Shown here: one piece after another, positions 23,273 through 33,494 of the stretch | Numbering within the stretch: position 1 is the first letter of the stretch | How the letters are laid out: each line of letters begins with the position of its first letter | Assembly (NCBI RefSeq): GCF_964204645.1 | Contig: NC_134025.1 | Coordinates: 12,958,001 to 13,022,000 of the forward strand | Direction: 5' to 3' | DNA: 64,000 nucleotides | Origin: Tubulanus polymorphus | Taxonomy: Eukaryota; Animalia; Nemertea | Program-made: the position numbers and the translations under genes | The notes under the pieces: model-generated | Database searches by the model: none | What the model saw: the letters and a program-made list of their open reading frames with translations, nothing else | Told to the model about the DNA's origin: nothing

Positions 23273-24132
23273 CTATTTTCTCTAACTCTGTTCTCCACAC
23301 TTTCCGTGAAAGTCACGCACCTTAGTGCGCAGGCGCGGCATCAAAAAGGCAATCAGAACGCGCCATTGGCAAAATAGCGTTAACATGAATAATGCTGTAT
23401 TGGCAAAATAACACCAACCCCGTGTCTGACTAAATCAGAACAATATCATAAATTTTCAGTAATATCTGAAGTTTTTCAATAACGAGCGTGTAATGTACAA
23501 TATGACACTGGATTGAAAAAAAGGGTTAATTTTACTTTATTTTGCATTACACTTGTGTTTTTTTCTTTCAATTGTCAATATGATATTGTACATTTGTAAT
23601 ATCGGCATGATATGTGCAGATAGTAATTGTCAACTCCTAACACTACTAGGCCTAACACTTAAAGGTCAAGTGCCCTCTAATTCCTACTTTTTGAGGTTTA
23701 CTTTCCAAATGATACTTAAGTACATAAATGATGACCTGGGATCAGCCTTATAGAAAAAAAAATCACTTATGTGTCTTAAATCAGTAAAATTAAATAACTG
23801 GATCATTGACCTATATAGTGTGTGCACCTTGGCCGCAGCCGCGTGTCAGCGCCACATTCATGCATCATCTTTGCCAAACAAACATACCCTACACGTGTGT
23901 GAACTCAGTACACATAGCCTATATATAAAATCTATAAAACAACATCATTCCTTCGCTTTAATCACAGCTCTACTGCTGCTGGCTATCCATTGTATGTTTG
24001 TTGTGTTATGTATAACAGTATCAACAGTATCGTCGGAAGGAATTTAGGATCTTAAACAACTTCTAAAAGGATTAAATACATAGTGTCCTAATTTGAACCG
24101 TAGGAACTCCGAATATTTAGCGAAACTTACTT

Positions 24133-24168
24133 GTTAGCTTTCGTCTGTTTCTACAGGCTTGATCACAC
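24133..24168 (-). ncRNA. Minimal hammerhead ribozyme variant (pLTR copy 1)
   Basis: GUGAUCA-A-GCCUGU-AGAA-ACAGAC-GAAA-GCUA; one stem II mismatch. Confidence 0.65.
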
Positions 24169-24850
24169 TGATGATGTCACTGCTGACGTCATCCGGGATT
24201 CCGGTCTTCCCTCGAGAATCAGCTGTGTGTGTGCCCCCCTCCCTAGAACGGGACAGCACGTTGTTCCAGACGGCCGGGAGATGAAAACGGCCCCCGTCTT
24301 TGTTGAGAGAAGGGTGCAATGTACGGATGTGGATTGCTTCTTTGACACCTCTCTCAAACCATCTGGGTTCAACACCGAGAATCCTAACGTTGTCAATGTC
24401 AACTGTGTGACCCAGTTGGTCGACATGAAGGTGTTTCGACACCTCTGACGTAACGGAGCTGGGGCGTCTGTGTTCCCTGAATCTGGCTCTTAAGGATCGT
24501 TCGGTTTCACCTATGTACGAGTCACTACACTGTTCGCACTTGATATGATACACCGGACTCACTACTCTCGATTTATCCAGTTTGTCCTTAGGTCTAACCA
24601 AAATCTGCCGTAGAGTGTTCATGGGTTTGAAGAACACCGGTACTCCGTATCGTTTCATAACCCGACATGTTCTGAGGTACCCTTAATATATGGTATCACG
24701 ACGGGAGCGATTTTCCGCCTTTCGGATTGTGTAGCTTCTTTAGTATTATTAGCCGGTTTGCATGGGTTCGGTGACATGATCCAGGCAGGATAGTCGTTAA
24801 AACTCAGAGCCTTCTTTACATGGTTGACCTCCTCTAACTTATCCACTGGA
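24134..24850 (-). pseudogene. Penelope linker plus GIY-YIG endonuclease, frameshifted near 24658; RT core missing
   Basis: IPYIKGTSE...FKPMNTLRQILVRPKD...VYHIKCEQCSDSYIGETERSLRARFREH...ERGVKEAIHI...LNKDGG. Confidence 0.9.
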
Positions 24851-24887
24851 TCCGGAATCCTGGATGACGTCAGCAGTGACATCATCA

Positions 24888-24923
24888 GTGTGATCAAGCC
24901 TGTAGAAACAGGCGAAAGCTAAC
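24888..24923 (+). ncRNA. Minimal hammerhead ribozyme variant (pLTR copy 2)
   Basis: GUGAUCA-A-GCCUGU-AGAA-ACAGGC-GAAA-GCUA; perfect 6-bp stem II, palindromic AGCU stem III. Confidence 0.72.
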
Positions 24924-26285
24924 AAGTAAGTTTCGCTAAATATTCGGAGTTCCTACGGTTCAAATTAGGATACTATTCATATTACCCGAATAGATGAACA
25001 TACATCAAAGGATTAAATACGCTACGAATGGTGATTATGCGGTGCGGGATTAGAGACTGGAAACTGCTGGATTATTTCAGACGTTTCACCACGGATTGTT
25101 TTAAAATCTATAAAATAAGTTCATTGTTTTGAATCAAATCTATTAGTTTGCCATAGCTTCGCTATTCATTAAGCGCACCAAAAGTTAGTTATTCTTCAGT
25201 GGCACAACGCACGTGGAAATGTGTGTTTGACTACAATGACGTCAGCAATTGTGGGTTTTTCACTGCAAACGCGCACATGCTGTGTACAGCAAACTGGTGA
25301 AAATAGCCGTCTTTAAAGTCTTATTTCTCAGTTATGGCTTTACTTAAATCAAAATTAGTAACACACTTATCATTTATACACATATCACATTTAGAAAATA
25401 GGTTTTACACGATATTCTATTTAGAGGGCAATGACCTTCAACTCGTCACTAGTCAGTACAAAAAAATGGAAACTTAACAGTGTTACATCTTCAAAATGGT
25501 GGGGCTTCCTTCTCTTTGTTGCCAGTTTGTTATTGATTAGGTTCATCACTTAGCCTATATCAGATACAATGACGTCTAAATCTATTAAATCATCGCAATC
25601 CTGGTCGCGGTAGGCGCCATGTACAGCAAACACTGATTACAGCAGAGAACCAATGCGACTGGTTGGCGGTGAGAGGTCGTTAACAAATATTTTTTTCTAA
25701 TTCATTTTTCATTTTGACCAAATAAATAACGCAGAATCATCGATTGATATACAAATAGATTAACTTAGTCAGGTTACTTCCAAAAAATGATTCAACGCCT
25801 GCAAGCCATTGTTGTTATTTTCAGTGTGTGCTGTATCTTTAGGCACGCAAGTGAGCATATAGGCCTACAACAGATCAATAGAAGTAGGTTGCCCCGGTGA
25901 TAGCCAGCTGATAGATGTACTGTATTGAGTGCATGCAGGAAGACACGTGTATGCCAGCGGTCTGTGTAACACAGTGATGTTGATTGGATGCTTGGCGCGT
26001 ATGTCAACTAGCAAAACGCGCGGAGTGCGCTTAAAATAAGGACTCCTATTTTAGTTTTCGATTATAAAATCAACATGTTTAAACTTCTTTCGCGACATAT
26101 TTTTAAAGAAACGTAACATTGCTCGAGTTTTTCGTAAAACATAATGAAAATAGATTAAAATCGTATTTTTGAACACCCACTCGTAACAACGTAATGCTCT
26201 CAAGTCAGGTTGAAATAGACATTAGCAATCGGTTTGTTCACCAAGAATCTTAGTGTCTGATAGGATCGTAGAGCGATGGAGATCA

Positions 26286-26725
26286 GTCATCCTTATTACC
26301 GAGATGACGTATTTTACCGAGATCAACCGAGATGAAATGAAATATAACATATCTATTTATTCCTTATCGATTTTAACAATTGACATCATATCATATCAGT
26401 GACAGTAATAAATGCCTGCTGGAGTAATATTTTACATATTTTGTCGGATATTTTTGTAGAAAAATAACTTAACTTTTCCGAGATGAGATCGTCGATCAAT
26501 CAAATTCAATGAAATTTTATTGCTAACCGAGTTTACGTATTTGAAGTAAAAATTATTTTAATAAATAAAATATGTAAAATATGACTCTGGAAGGTATATA
26601 TTACTGATATAACATGATTTCAAGTGTTAAAATCGATAAGGAATAAATAAATATGCTATATTTCATTTCATCTCGGTTCGTCTCGGTTCTAAAATACGTC
26701 ATCTCGGTAAAGGATGACCCACCAC
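26286..26725. mobile_element. Palindromic MITE
   Basis: About 150-bp imperfect TIRs (GTCATCCTT..TACCGAGATGACGTATTTT); flanked by a GGAGATCA duplication at 26278-26285 and 26726-26733. Confidence 0.75.
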
Positions 26726-26936
26726 GGAGATCACTGGTGGTGGAGACAACCACTGCCAGTGCTGGGTGAATCGGTTTGGTGCACAGACAGGGGCTTGTCA
26801 CACTTGTACCGTACACCTACCCCATTGAACGAGTGAATAGGCCTACGATTTCCTCAAACTCAAACTTTCGTTTCGAATACTGCGGGTGTTGTGGACATTT
26901 CTCATTCCCGTGAGGTTTAAGGATGGCTCCGATAAC

Positions 26937-27510
26937 GTACAAGTACAAATGCAAATACAAATACAAATAAAGTTTATTGAGCCTTAGCTATACAAAATCA
27001 CCATCGGTTTGGTAACAATAAAGTGGACAGGACAGAGATGAAATTTGCAATATAAGAGTTGGATATATATGATACAACATGCACTTAATCATAAGCAACG
27101 CTTTCAGTGAGTTCCTTCACGAGAAATTGCTAGATTATCAATTGATTAGATAGTAACAGGCTCTACGCCAACGGCCCTGACGCTGACTCACTGACACCTA
27201 GTGGATAGAGGGCAACAGGATGTGAATTTCTCCCGACCTAACCAGAAGGAGGCTTTTACACATATCACATCCTCGCTTGCCAGGGGTCCAGTATCACTCC
27301 CGAACTCGCTTGTTCGGGGAACTGCTTTAGCGTAGTGGGTTCGAATCCCTTGACGGGTGAAGACGCACATATCATTGAGATCACTAAAGTTGTTGAAAGA
27401 ATCTAGGTGTTGGGAATGTGGCACTTAGATAGAAAATGTGTTTCGTCCTCTAAACGTAAGATTCCTCATCGTAGCTGCGCCATCGATGTATCTTGATGTT
27501 TTGACCGGTT
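26937..27510 (-). mobile_element. Fossil 3' end of a non-LTR retrotransposon (LINE)
   Basis: Minus-strand translation SKHQDTSMAQLR*GILRLEDETHFLSKC resembles a LINE ORF2 C-terminus with an internal deletion; ends in AATAAA plus a (TTTGTA)n tail at 26937-26978. Confidence 0.65.
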
Positions 27511-28139
27511 GACGCTAACGTGACGGTCACTCTTCGGATGCCAGGACCACACTCTCATCTGGATAATTTGCGTTACAAAATATGCTTTGTTTTAATCTAG
27601 TCAACGCGCAGGACAAAACTTAGTACGGCTATTTCCAAATCTCGATTTAAGCAGCCAAAAGCTTGTGGCGGCCGCTGCGCCTCAGTGCCCGAGTCGGTTC
27701 AGACTGGGTTGGATGATTGAAGTTACATGCACCGCAACTGAAATTTCCAATCTATTTTGATTTAAACAAAGATGTTAAATTGACCGTTGATCATAAAACT
27801 AAGTACTACTTCGATTTCCGATTAGTCAAAATAGACTCTCTTCAATTCGCCAAAATTCGGAGAAACCCCGGGAACATTAATCAATAATTAATTGATAATA
27901 GATCAATGAAATAATCAATTAATGTTTCTTAATTCCAACATTTATCAGGATTTGCACCATCAGTTATACTTTGTTCTGATTGAACATGGTCCTTGATTTT
28001 TATGATTCAAATGGCGACCGGTATAACGGCATTATTTTCACCAGGTCGTAAGCGTTCTCTATAAATTGATGTTTATCATCGAATATACCTAATAGAATAA
28101 GTAAACATCGATAGATTTTGACTATTTTACAGTGTAAAA

Positions 28140-28331
28140 TGTGACGGAAGTCCTGAAAACCAGCGCATCTAAAAGATCTGATTTTCAAGATTTTCTTTTG
28201 GAGAGGCCCCAAACCCCTCCTTGGAGACATCGCGCTTTGGGCATTCGACCTCGGATTATGCACCTGCGGCGCATAATTTAGCGTGTCCTCTCATTTCAGA
28301 CCCGCAGCCCATAATCATAGATCCGCCCCTG
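28140..28331. repeat. GATCCGCCCCTG-ended MITE fragment (possible relative near 34060-34245)
   Basis: Terminal GATCCGCCCCTG and internal CCCC-N-ACCCC motif. Confidence 0.4.
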
Positions 28332-28499
28332 GATACGAAGACCGTACTTAAACAACTTCTTGGCCGAAAGGACTCGGCAGTGTTCGAAAGAATCGCGGAT
28401 TCCTATTGAGTTAATCGATCCTTATTGTGAAACTGGCCCCGTGTAGATGATCATCATCTCATCTGCTAGTGCATTTGAATCACATTTCATCACTCTCTG

Positions 28500-28923
28500 A
28501 TCCGGTACGAATCCAAAAATTGGGCGGCTGCTACTTAACCGCGTAAATTGGCAGATATTCTCGGAGCCACCCCGTTTAATCCTCATAGAGAAATCCTTTT
28601 GCGATGACGTCATTGGAAAAGCCTAAACAAGTAAACATTGCCAGATTGGGCAAGTCTAAACTCAACGGTTTTTTAACGGCCAATTCATGTAGGCCTACTA
28701 CTCAAGCCCCAAGACAGTTGAGAGTTGAGCATCAATGACAGAAAAGTGGATGAGTACCCTGAGAGAAGACTATTTGAATGATTGAGTGCAGAACGTCCAA
28801 CGACAACGTCGTCGTCAACGAGAGAAGTCTCCTCCCAGACAGAAGAATTAGAAGTAGAATCACAGTCCAGTCAGACACTGAGGAGAGTGTGTATGACCGA
28901 GTGAGAACAGACTGAGGGGAAAG
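28500..28923 (+). promoter_or_regulatory. Putative MAP10 promoter and non-coding first exon
   Basis: CRE palindrome TGACGTCA (28605), several CCAAT/ATTGG boxes, AAG|GTGAAT donor at 28924 and a TTTCCTTTAG acceptor at 30652. Confidence 0.5.
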
Positions 28924-29079
28924 GTGAATTATTATAACATTAGTTGATTTTAATAATCTGCAGATAGAGGGAAACTGTAGTAGACTAGAGGAGTAGGTCT
29001 ATGCACCAGTCAGTGGTAGGCCTATAGACAGTCTATTTATTTTCTATTGTCCACGATCCTTTTGGGATATTTCGCTTAA

Positions 29080-29706
29080 TTACAGGCACTTGAATATATT
29101 GGTGTGTTACAAATGATAAAATTTATTGTAATCTACGATAAAAACACCACCGGGGTTGCCATCTTAATTATCCATTATGCAACTGTTTTACCAATGATCC
29201 AATGTGAATCCCTCGTCTAACTATACTATACAGAAAGGCTGGAAATGCTCCTATCTCCATAATGCTTAAATATACCTGCAAATATCGGGACAGATGACGT
29301 CACAGCCTGAGCAATCCCGAAGAGGCATCGCAAATTTTTAAACATCAATTTTGTTGCCAGTGAAAATCTTTAATGGAGCTAAAACAGTGTCAATGTTTCC
29401 AAAAAATCATCTACAATTGAAATTATGGGCGCTCCTTATACTTCAGGATTACAATTGACACTTGGGACGTACTTCGGCAATCATCGGCAGTGTTCGGCTG
29501 TCCCGATAATTGCGGGTATATTTAAGCATTACGGTGATAGTAGCGTTTCCAGCCTTTCTGTATAGTATAGTTAATCGACGGGCGCGCGTTGCATCATGGG
29601 TAAATTGTTATAAAACATGGCGGATTATCAAAGTAGGAACAACGTATCGCTGGTGAATTATTAAATATTTATCCATTATCAAAGCCCATATTCAAGTGCC
29701 TGTGGC
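29080..29706. mobile_element. Foldback MITE flanked by TTAA
   Basis: Outer ACAGGCACTTGAATAT/ATATTCAAGTGCCTGT; inner about 75-bp inverted arms 29218-29293 and 29498-29573. Confidence 0.75.
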
Positions 29707-29735
29707 TTAATTTTCGGTGTGCATACGTCAAATTT

Positions 29736-29894
29736 GGTCATACTAATTAGCGTCAACAACCGTCAAATAGCGTCAATGGTTCAGAATTTAGTGTCAACAT
29801 TTCAGGATTCAATGTCAGAATGTCTGAATCCCCTCGAAAACAAAAGCAACTTGTTGACCCTGGTTGACGGTTGTTGACGCTAATTAGTATGACC
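29736..29894. mobile_element. Short MITE with perfect 31-bp TIRs
   Basis: GGTCATACTAATTAGCGTCAACAACCGTCAA and its exact reverse complement. Confidence 0.8.
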
Positions 29895-30692
29895 GCCTCA
29901 AATAGGTCTTAATCGAATCAGCAGAGTTGTGCAGTCCAGATAAACCATGCACAGGCAAGTGCACAGGTGCAGGGATGAATGGCGCTATATATGAACTGCT
30001 AAGTGCAATTAAATTCAAAATATCACAGAAATACCTTGTGTTAATATTGTTTATTTATCCGCTATTAAGTTCCGTTAAACAATTGGATGTAAAGGATCAG
30101 TTGCTATCAGTGGTAATAGAGTTGCAACCGGTGATACTGATCCTTAAACATCCAACTGATCCTTAACTCTTTGCCTGCCTCGCCTATGCTGCGCTTTGCC
30201 AGGATGTCCATGTTTTTCACAGATTTATAAAACAAAAACTAGAAGAGATATTTTCATCGAATTTGTTTTATTTTATTCATCTGGTTCCTTGCTTGTTCAT
30301 GTAAAATCGGCAGCATTTCTTCCAAGAGTGATACAGTCTGTAGCAATCACCAATGCAGAGGGGGTATTTTGCAGAAAATATGCCCATTCATGCGTATTCA
30401 GCCCCATTTCAAAAGATGACGTCACTAACACATTGCATAGAATGACTGATGATAATAAGTTAAGAACTTAGCTGGTCAACCCTGTGTGAAAGTCTCTTCC
30501 ACAAGTTTAGAATTTGCAATGCAGTGGGTTTTTAAATGTTACTGTAAAGTATTGTCAAAGTTATGATGAGTATCTGTGAAGAGTGGTGGATATATAGAAA
30601 CTCCTATAAACCTTCATGGTAATACATCATATTTTCCATATATTTCCTTTAGGTTCTGGTAATTTTCATTTAAAGAAACCAAGCAGCCTTTG

Positions 30693-33494
30693 ATGTTGGA
30701 GAACATGGCTCTGAAAGAATCACTGTTTTCACTGGAAGTCGTTGTTGAACACTTAAACCTGGCAGATGTGACCTGTCGTTTTCCAGCCATAGCATTCCGT
30801 CTGCTAGACTTTCCGACATTGCTAATCGAGCACGTCCAACCAGATCTTGCAAATAAGATTCTGCAGAGTTTGCAACTGGACGTTAATCGTGAAATTCCGC
30901 GTCAGATACCAGAATTGCAAGATCGAAATGGCACATTCATACTCAAAAAAGGTAAATCTTGTCTGTTCAAGATTGTCCTCGATACCCTATGCGGCCACCT
31001 GGCGAGTACTCCTTTATACGTTCTGTTAACCGACAACTTTTCCGATCCTCCAAAGTTAGTTGGAAGCTGTTTAGTATCTCTTCATAAAACCGTCCAGCTC
31101 ATATCACAAGATGTAGCTGAAGCTGGTCTCTCCGTGCCATCAGTGCATGGTGAAAAGGGGACATATAAATTGTATAATTTGATGGGAATTGAAATCGGCG
31201 ATATTACCCTCGCTGTCCGTCTGTTAAGTCTAGGAGAAGGTCTCATTCAGCATATTCCGGACAGTCAGATCGCGAAACCAAGCAAAGGACCAGCGCGTCT
31301 TGTCGAGAATAGTAACAACGATATCAATGACAATGAGGGAGTACAGGAAATACAACAAGGTTCGTCGAAAAGTTTCGCAAAGAAAAAAACCATTTCTGAC
31401 AAACCTCAATATAGAGATGTGCTTATTCAGGATTTAGAAATTGCGGATGAAAATCAGCCTCAGCACATTGTAGTTTCTGATATTCAAAATGTTGTGTATC
31501 AGCCTACGAGACCATCGATGTCAATGGCAACGCAGACGGCCTTTGATGTCGGTGTTCAAACTCGTACGAAAACTGTCAGTGATGATAACGAAGAACTTGA
31601 TGAGCCGTTTCTATCCAATGTTTATTGTCCTCCGTCCCTTTACTTCAAAAAGGATGGGGAAGAAAAGCGTCCAGCTCCAAAATATGCAATATTCCATTAC
31701 AATGAGATCAAACCAAAAGAAACTGATCTAGAAAGCGTTCGAAGTGATGATGCACTTTTCGATTTGCTGGAAGATAATCTGTCCCAAACTCAAGTAAAAT
31801 CGAAAGTACCTCAGTTTGTTGCTTATCAACAACTTGAATCTCAACCGGTAGTTTCTGAGAGTCAGGTTGTTCCACAGCCTCCAAATTTGAGGCAAATGTT
31901 GAGTTCACCAAATTTCCAAGCGGACCAATTTCCATTCCTACGTGCTTTAATGGCAGAGCTGAGTTTCATTCAGGGTGTCCCGATGCAACAACAGCAGCCT
32001 CAACTACAGCCACAGCAAACAGAGCCTGCTAAACAGTATAGGCCTTTAGTAAATCGATCATCCCCAAAAACAGCTTGGCAGCCTAGTCGTACTAAAGAAA
32101 AAGAAAACCAAAGCGATTTTGTTGCAAGATTAGCAACACCAAAACATATTGTTGCTGAAGAGCATGCTTGTAGTAGGAAAGGCCGTCATGACTGTACCCA
32201 TGACCATAGTGCCCTGAAACAGAAAAGTTGGATTCGTAAACAGCCACAGTTTGGTCAGAAACCGAAATTACATTATGGACTGACGAATACTATGCGTCTT
32301 CGATTAGCCGCTACTAATCCTAAAATGCTCAGAACTCTGGAGGATGAAGAAATAGCGAACAGAACGTTCAAAGTGAATCAGATAGATAATCATGTTCCAG
32401 TTAGATCAACAAAAGTAGGCCTATCAGAAAATGGAGTTCAACATCGTAAACCAGTTCCAACCCCGAGACGACCGAGTTTACCGATTGAAGTAGCTGAGAT
32501 TGACGAAGCAGAAAAACAGGCAGCTTCGGAGGAAAGGAGCGTCATGGTTCATAGTCCATCAGCAAGCGATCATGATGAAACTGAAAGCGATGTCAGTATG
32601 AGTGTACAGTATGCTCATGCTCTGCTCGATGATACTGACGAAAAAATTGATGTCAAGCCACCATCGGGTCGTCTGAATACTTATCCTCCTTTCGCGAATA
32701 ATGTTCAAGCTCAGAAACCAGCCACTGCCAATAGTAATAAAGAAAACATGGCTCAATTTAGTGAATATGTCGATGATTCAAAGCTTTGGATGTCAACTGA
32801 TGAACCAGAGCTACAGGAGTTGAGAGATTCTGAGGAATCGGCATCAGATAAGTCAGCCGATGTGAAACCGGTAAAGGCGATTCAAGAACTCGTTTGTACT
32901 GACTTACGGGACTCACTGAAAAAGGTCATCAATCCTCGATCATCCGATAAATCACCAGTAACAGCCTTACGTATGTCTCAATCAGTCTTGAACAATACCG
33001 ACCATAAAGAAGAAATAGAAAGTCCTACCCCGAGACCACGGCGCCTAAGTTCTCTTGAGGACATCTTCAAACAACGTAAGCGAAGCGTGTCATTTGAGGC
33101 TTTTCCTGAATCTGAAGATACTACCTCGCCAACTGCAAAGAAAAGCTTGTCTCCGCTATCAAGTCAGGAAACATCTTCATCTCCTTTAGTATCAAAAATT
33201 CAAACGCCAGTCGTTTTACCGCAGATACCAGCACGATCGTCGTCCGTGGAGAGCACTGAAGATCTAACGTCGCATAGAACTAAGTCAAAAAATCGCAAGC
33301 CCGTTCCGAAATTACCTCTGTCCCTTCACACAGATTCAGTGAGCTCGTATATGCCATCGGATTTGGAACTCGAGAATTTAGCTAACATTTCCGTCGATGA
33401 TGAATACACGGAGGACTTTGAAGGCAGCGATGATGATATAAATATCAATCCATTTTTGAAAATCCCTCCATCGTTACTAGGCTACACTGCATAG
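30693..33494 (+). CDS. MAP10: Microtubule-associated protein 10 (KIAA1383-like), intronless CDS, 933 aa
   Basis: N-terminal LFSLEVVVE...PAIAFRLLDFPTLLI...GKSCLFK...PLYVLL...LYNLMG..IGDI.L..RLLSLG, CPPSLYF, ALMAELS, LHYGLTNTMRLRLAATNP, TDSVSSYMPSD. The first ATG is at 30693 (the ORF track start is TTG); the ATG at 30705 has better Kozak context. Confidence 0.92.
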   Translation: MLENMALKESLFSLEVVVEHLNLADVTCRFPAIAFRLLDFPTLLIEHVQPDLANKILQSLQLDVNREIPRQIPELQDRNGTFILKKGKSCLFKIVLDTLCGHLASTPLYVLLTDNFSDPPKLVGSCLVSLHKTVQLISQDVAEAGLSVPSVHGEKGTYKLYNLMGIEIGDITLAVRLLSLGEGLIQHIPDSQIAKPSKGPARLVENSNNDINDNEGVQEIQQGSSKSFAKKKTISDKPQYRDVLIQDLEIADENQPQHIVVSDIQNVVYQPTRPSMSMATQTAFDVGVQTRTKTVSDDNEELDEPFLSNVYCPPSLYFKKDGEEKRPAPKYAIFHYNEIKPKETDLESVRSDDALFDLLEDNLSQTQVKSKVPQFVAYQQLESQPVVSESQVVPQPPNLRQMLSSPNFQADQFPFLRALMAELSFIQGVPMQQQQPQLQPQQTEPAKQYRPLVNRSSPKTAWQPSRTKEKENQSDFVARLATPKHIVAEEHACSRKGRHDCTHDHSALKQKSWIRKQPQFGQKPKLHYGLTNTMRLRLAATNPKMLRTLEDEEIANRTFKVNQIDNHVPVRSTKVGLSENGVQHRKPVPTPRRPSLPIEVAEIDEAEKQAASEERSVMVHSPSASDHDETESDVSMSVQYAHALLDDTDEKIDVKPPSGRLNTYPPFANNVQAQKPATANSNKENMAQFSEYVDDSKLWMSTDEPELQELRDSEESASDKSADVKPVKAIQELVCTDLRDSLKKVINPRSSDKSPVTALRMSQSVLNNTDHKEEIESPTPRPRRLSSLEDIFKQRKRSVSFEAFPESEDTTSPTAKKSLSPLSSQETSSSPLVSKIQTPVVLPQIPARSSSVESTEDLTSHRTKSKNRKPVPKLPLSLHTDSVSSYMPSDLELENLANISVDDEYTEDFEGSDDDININPFLKIPPSLLGYTA

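Larger units (their letters stand above)
24080..25006 (-). mobile_element. 5'-truncated Penelope-like retroelement with inverted pLTRs
   Basis: GIY-YIG endonuclease ORF; 125-bp inverted repeats at 24080-24204 and 24852-24976 (3 mismatches); 30-bp tail; 14-bp TSD AAAGGATTAAATAC at 24066-24079 and 25007-25020. Confidence 0.93.
23663..25437. mobile_element. Kolobok-like non-autonomous DNA transposon hosting the Penelope insertion
   Basis: TTAA|AGGTCAAGTGCCCTCTAA ... TTAGAGGGCAATGACCT|TCAA. Confidence 0.65.

Noticed and set aside
24168-24200. Canonical CTGATGA followed by a small hairpin on the strand opposite the pLTR hammerhead
   Set aside because: No GAAA after the stem, so no hammerhead core can form.
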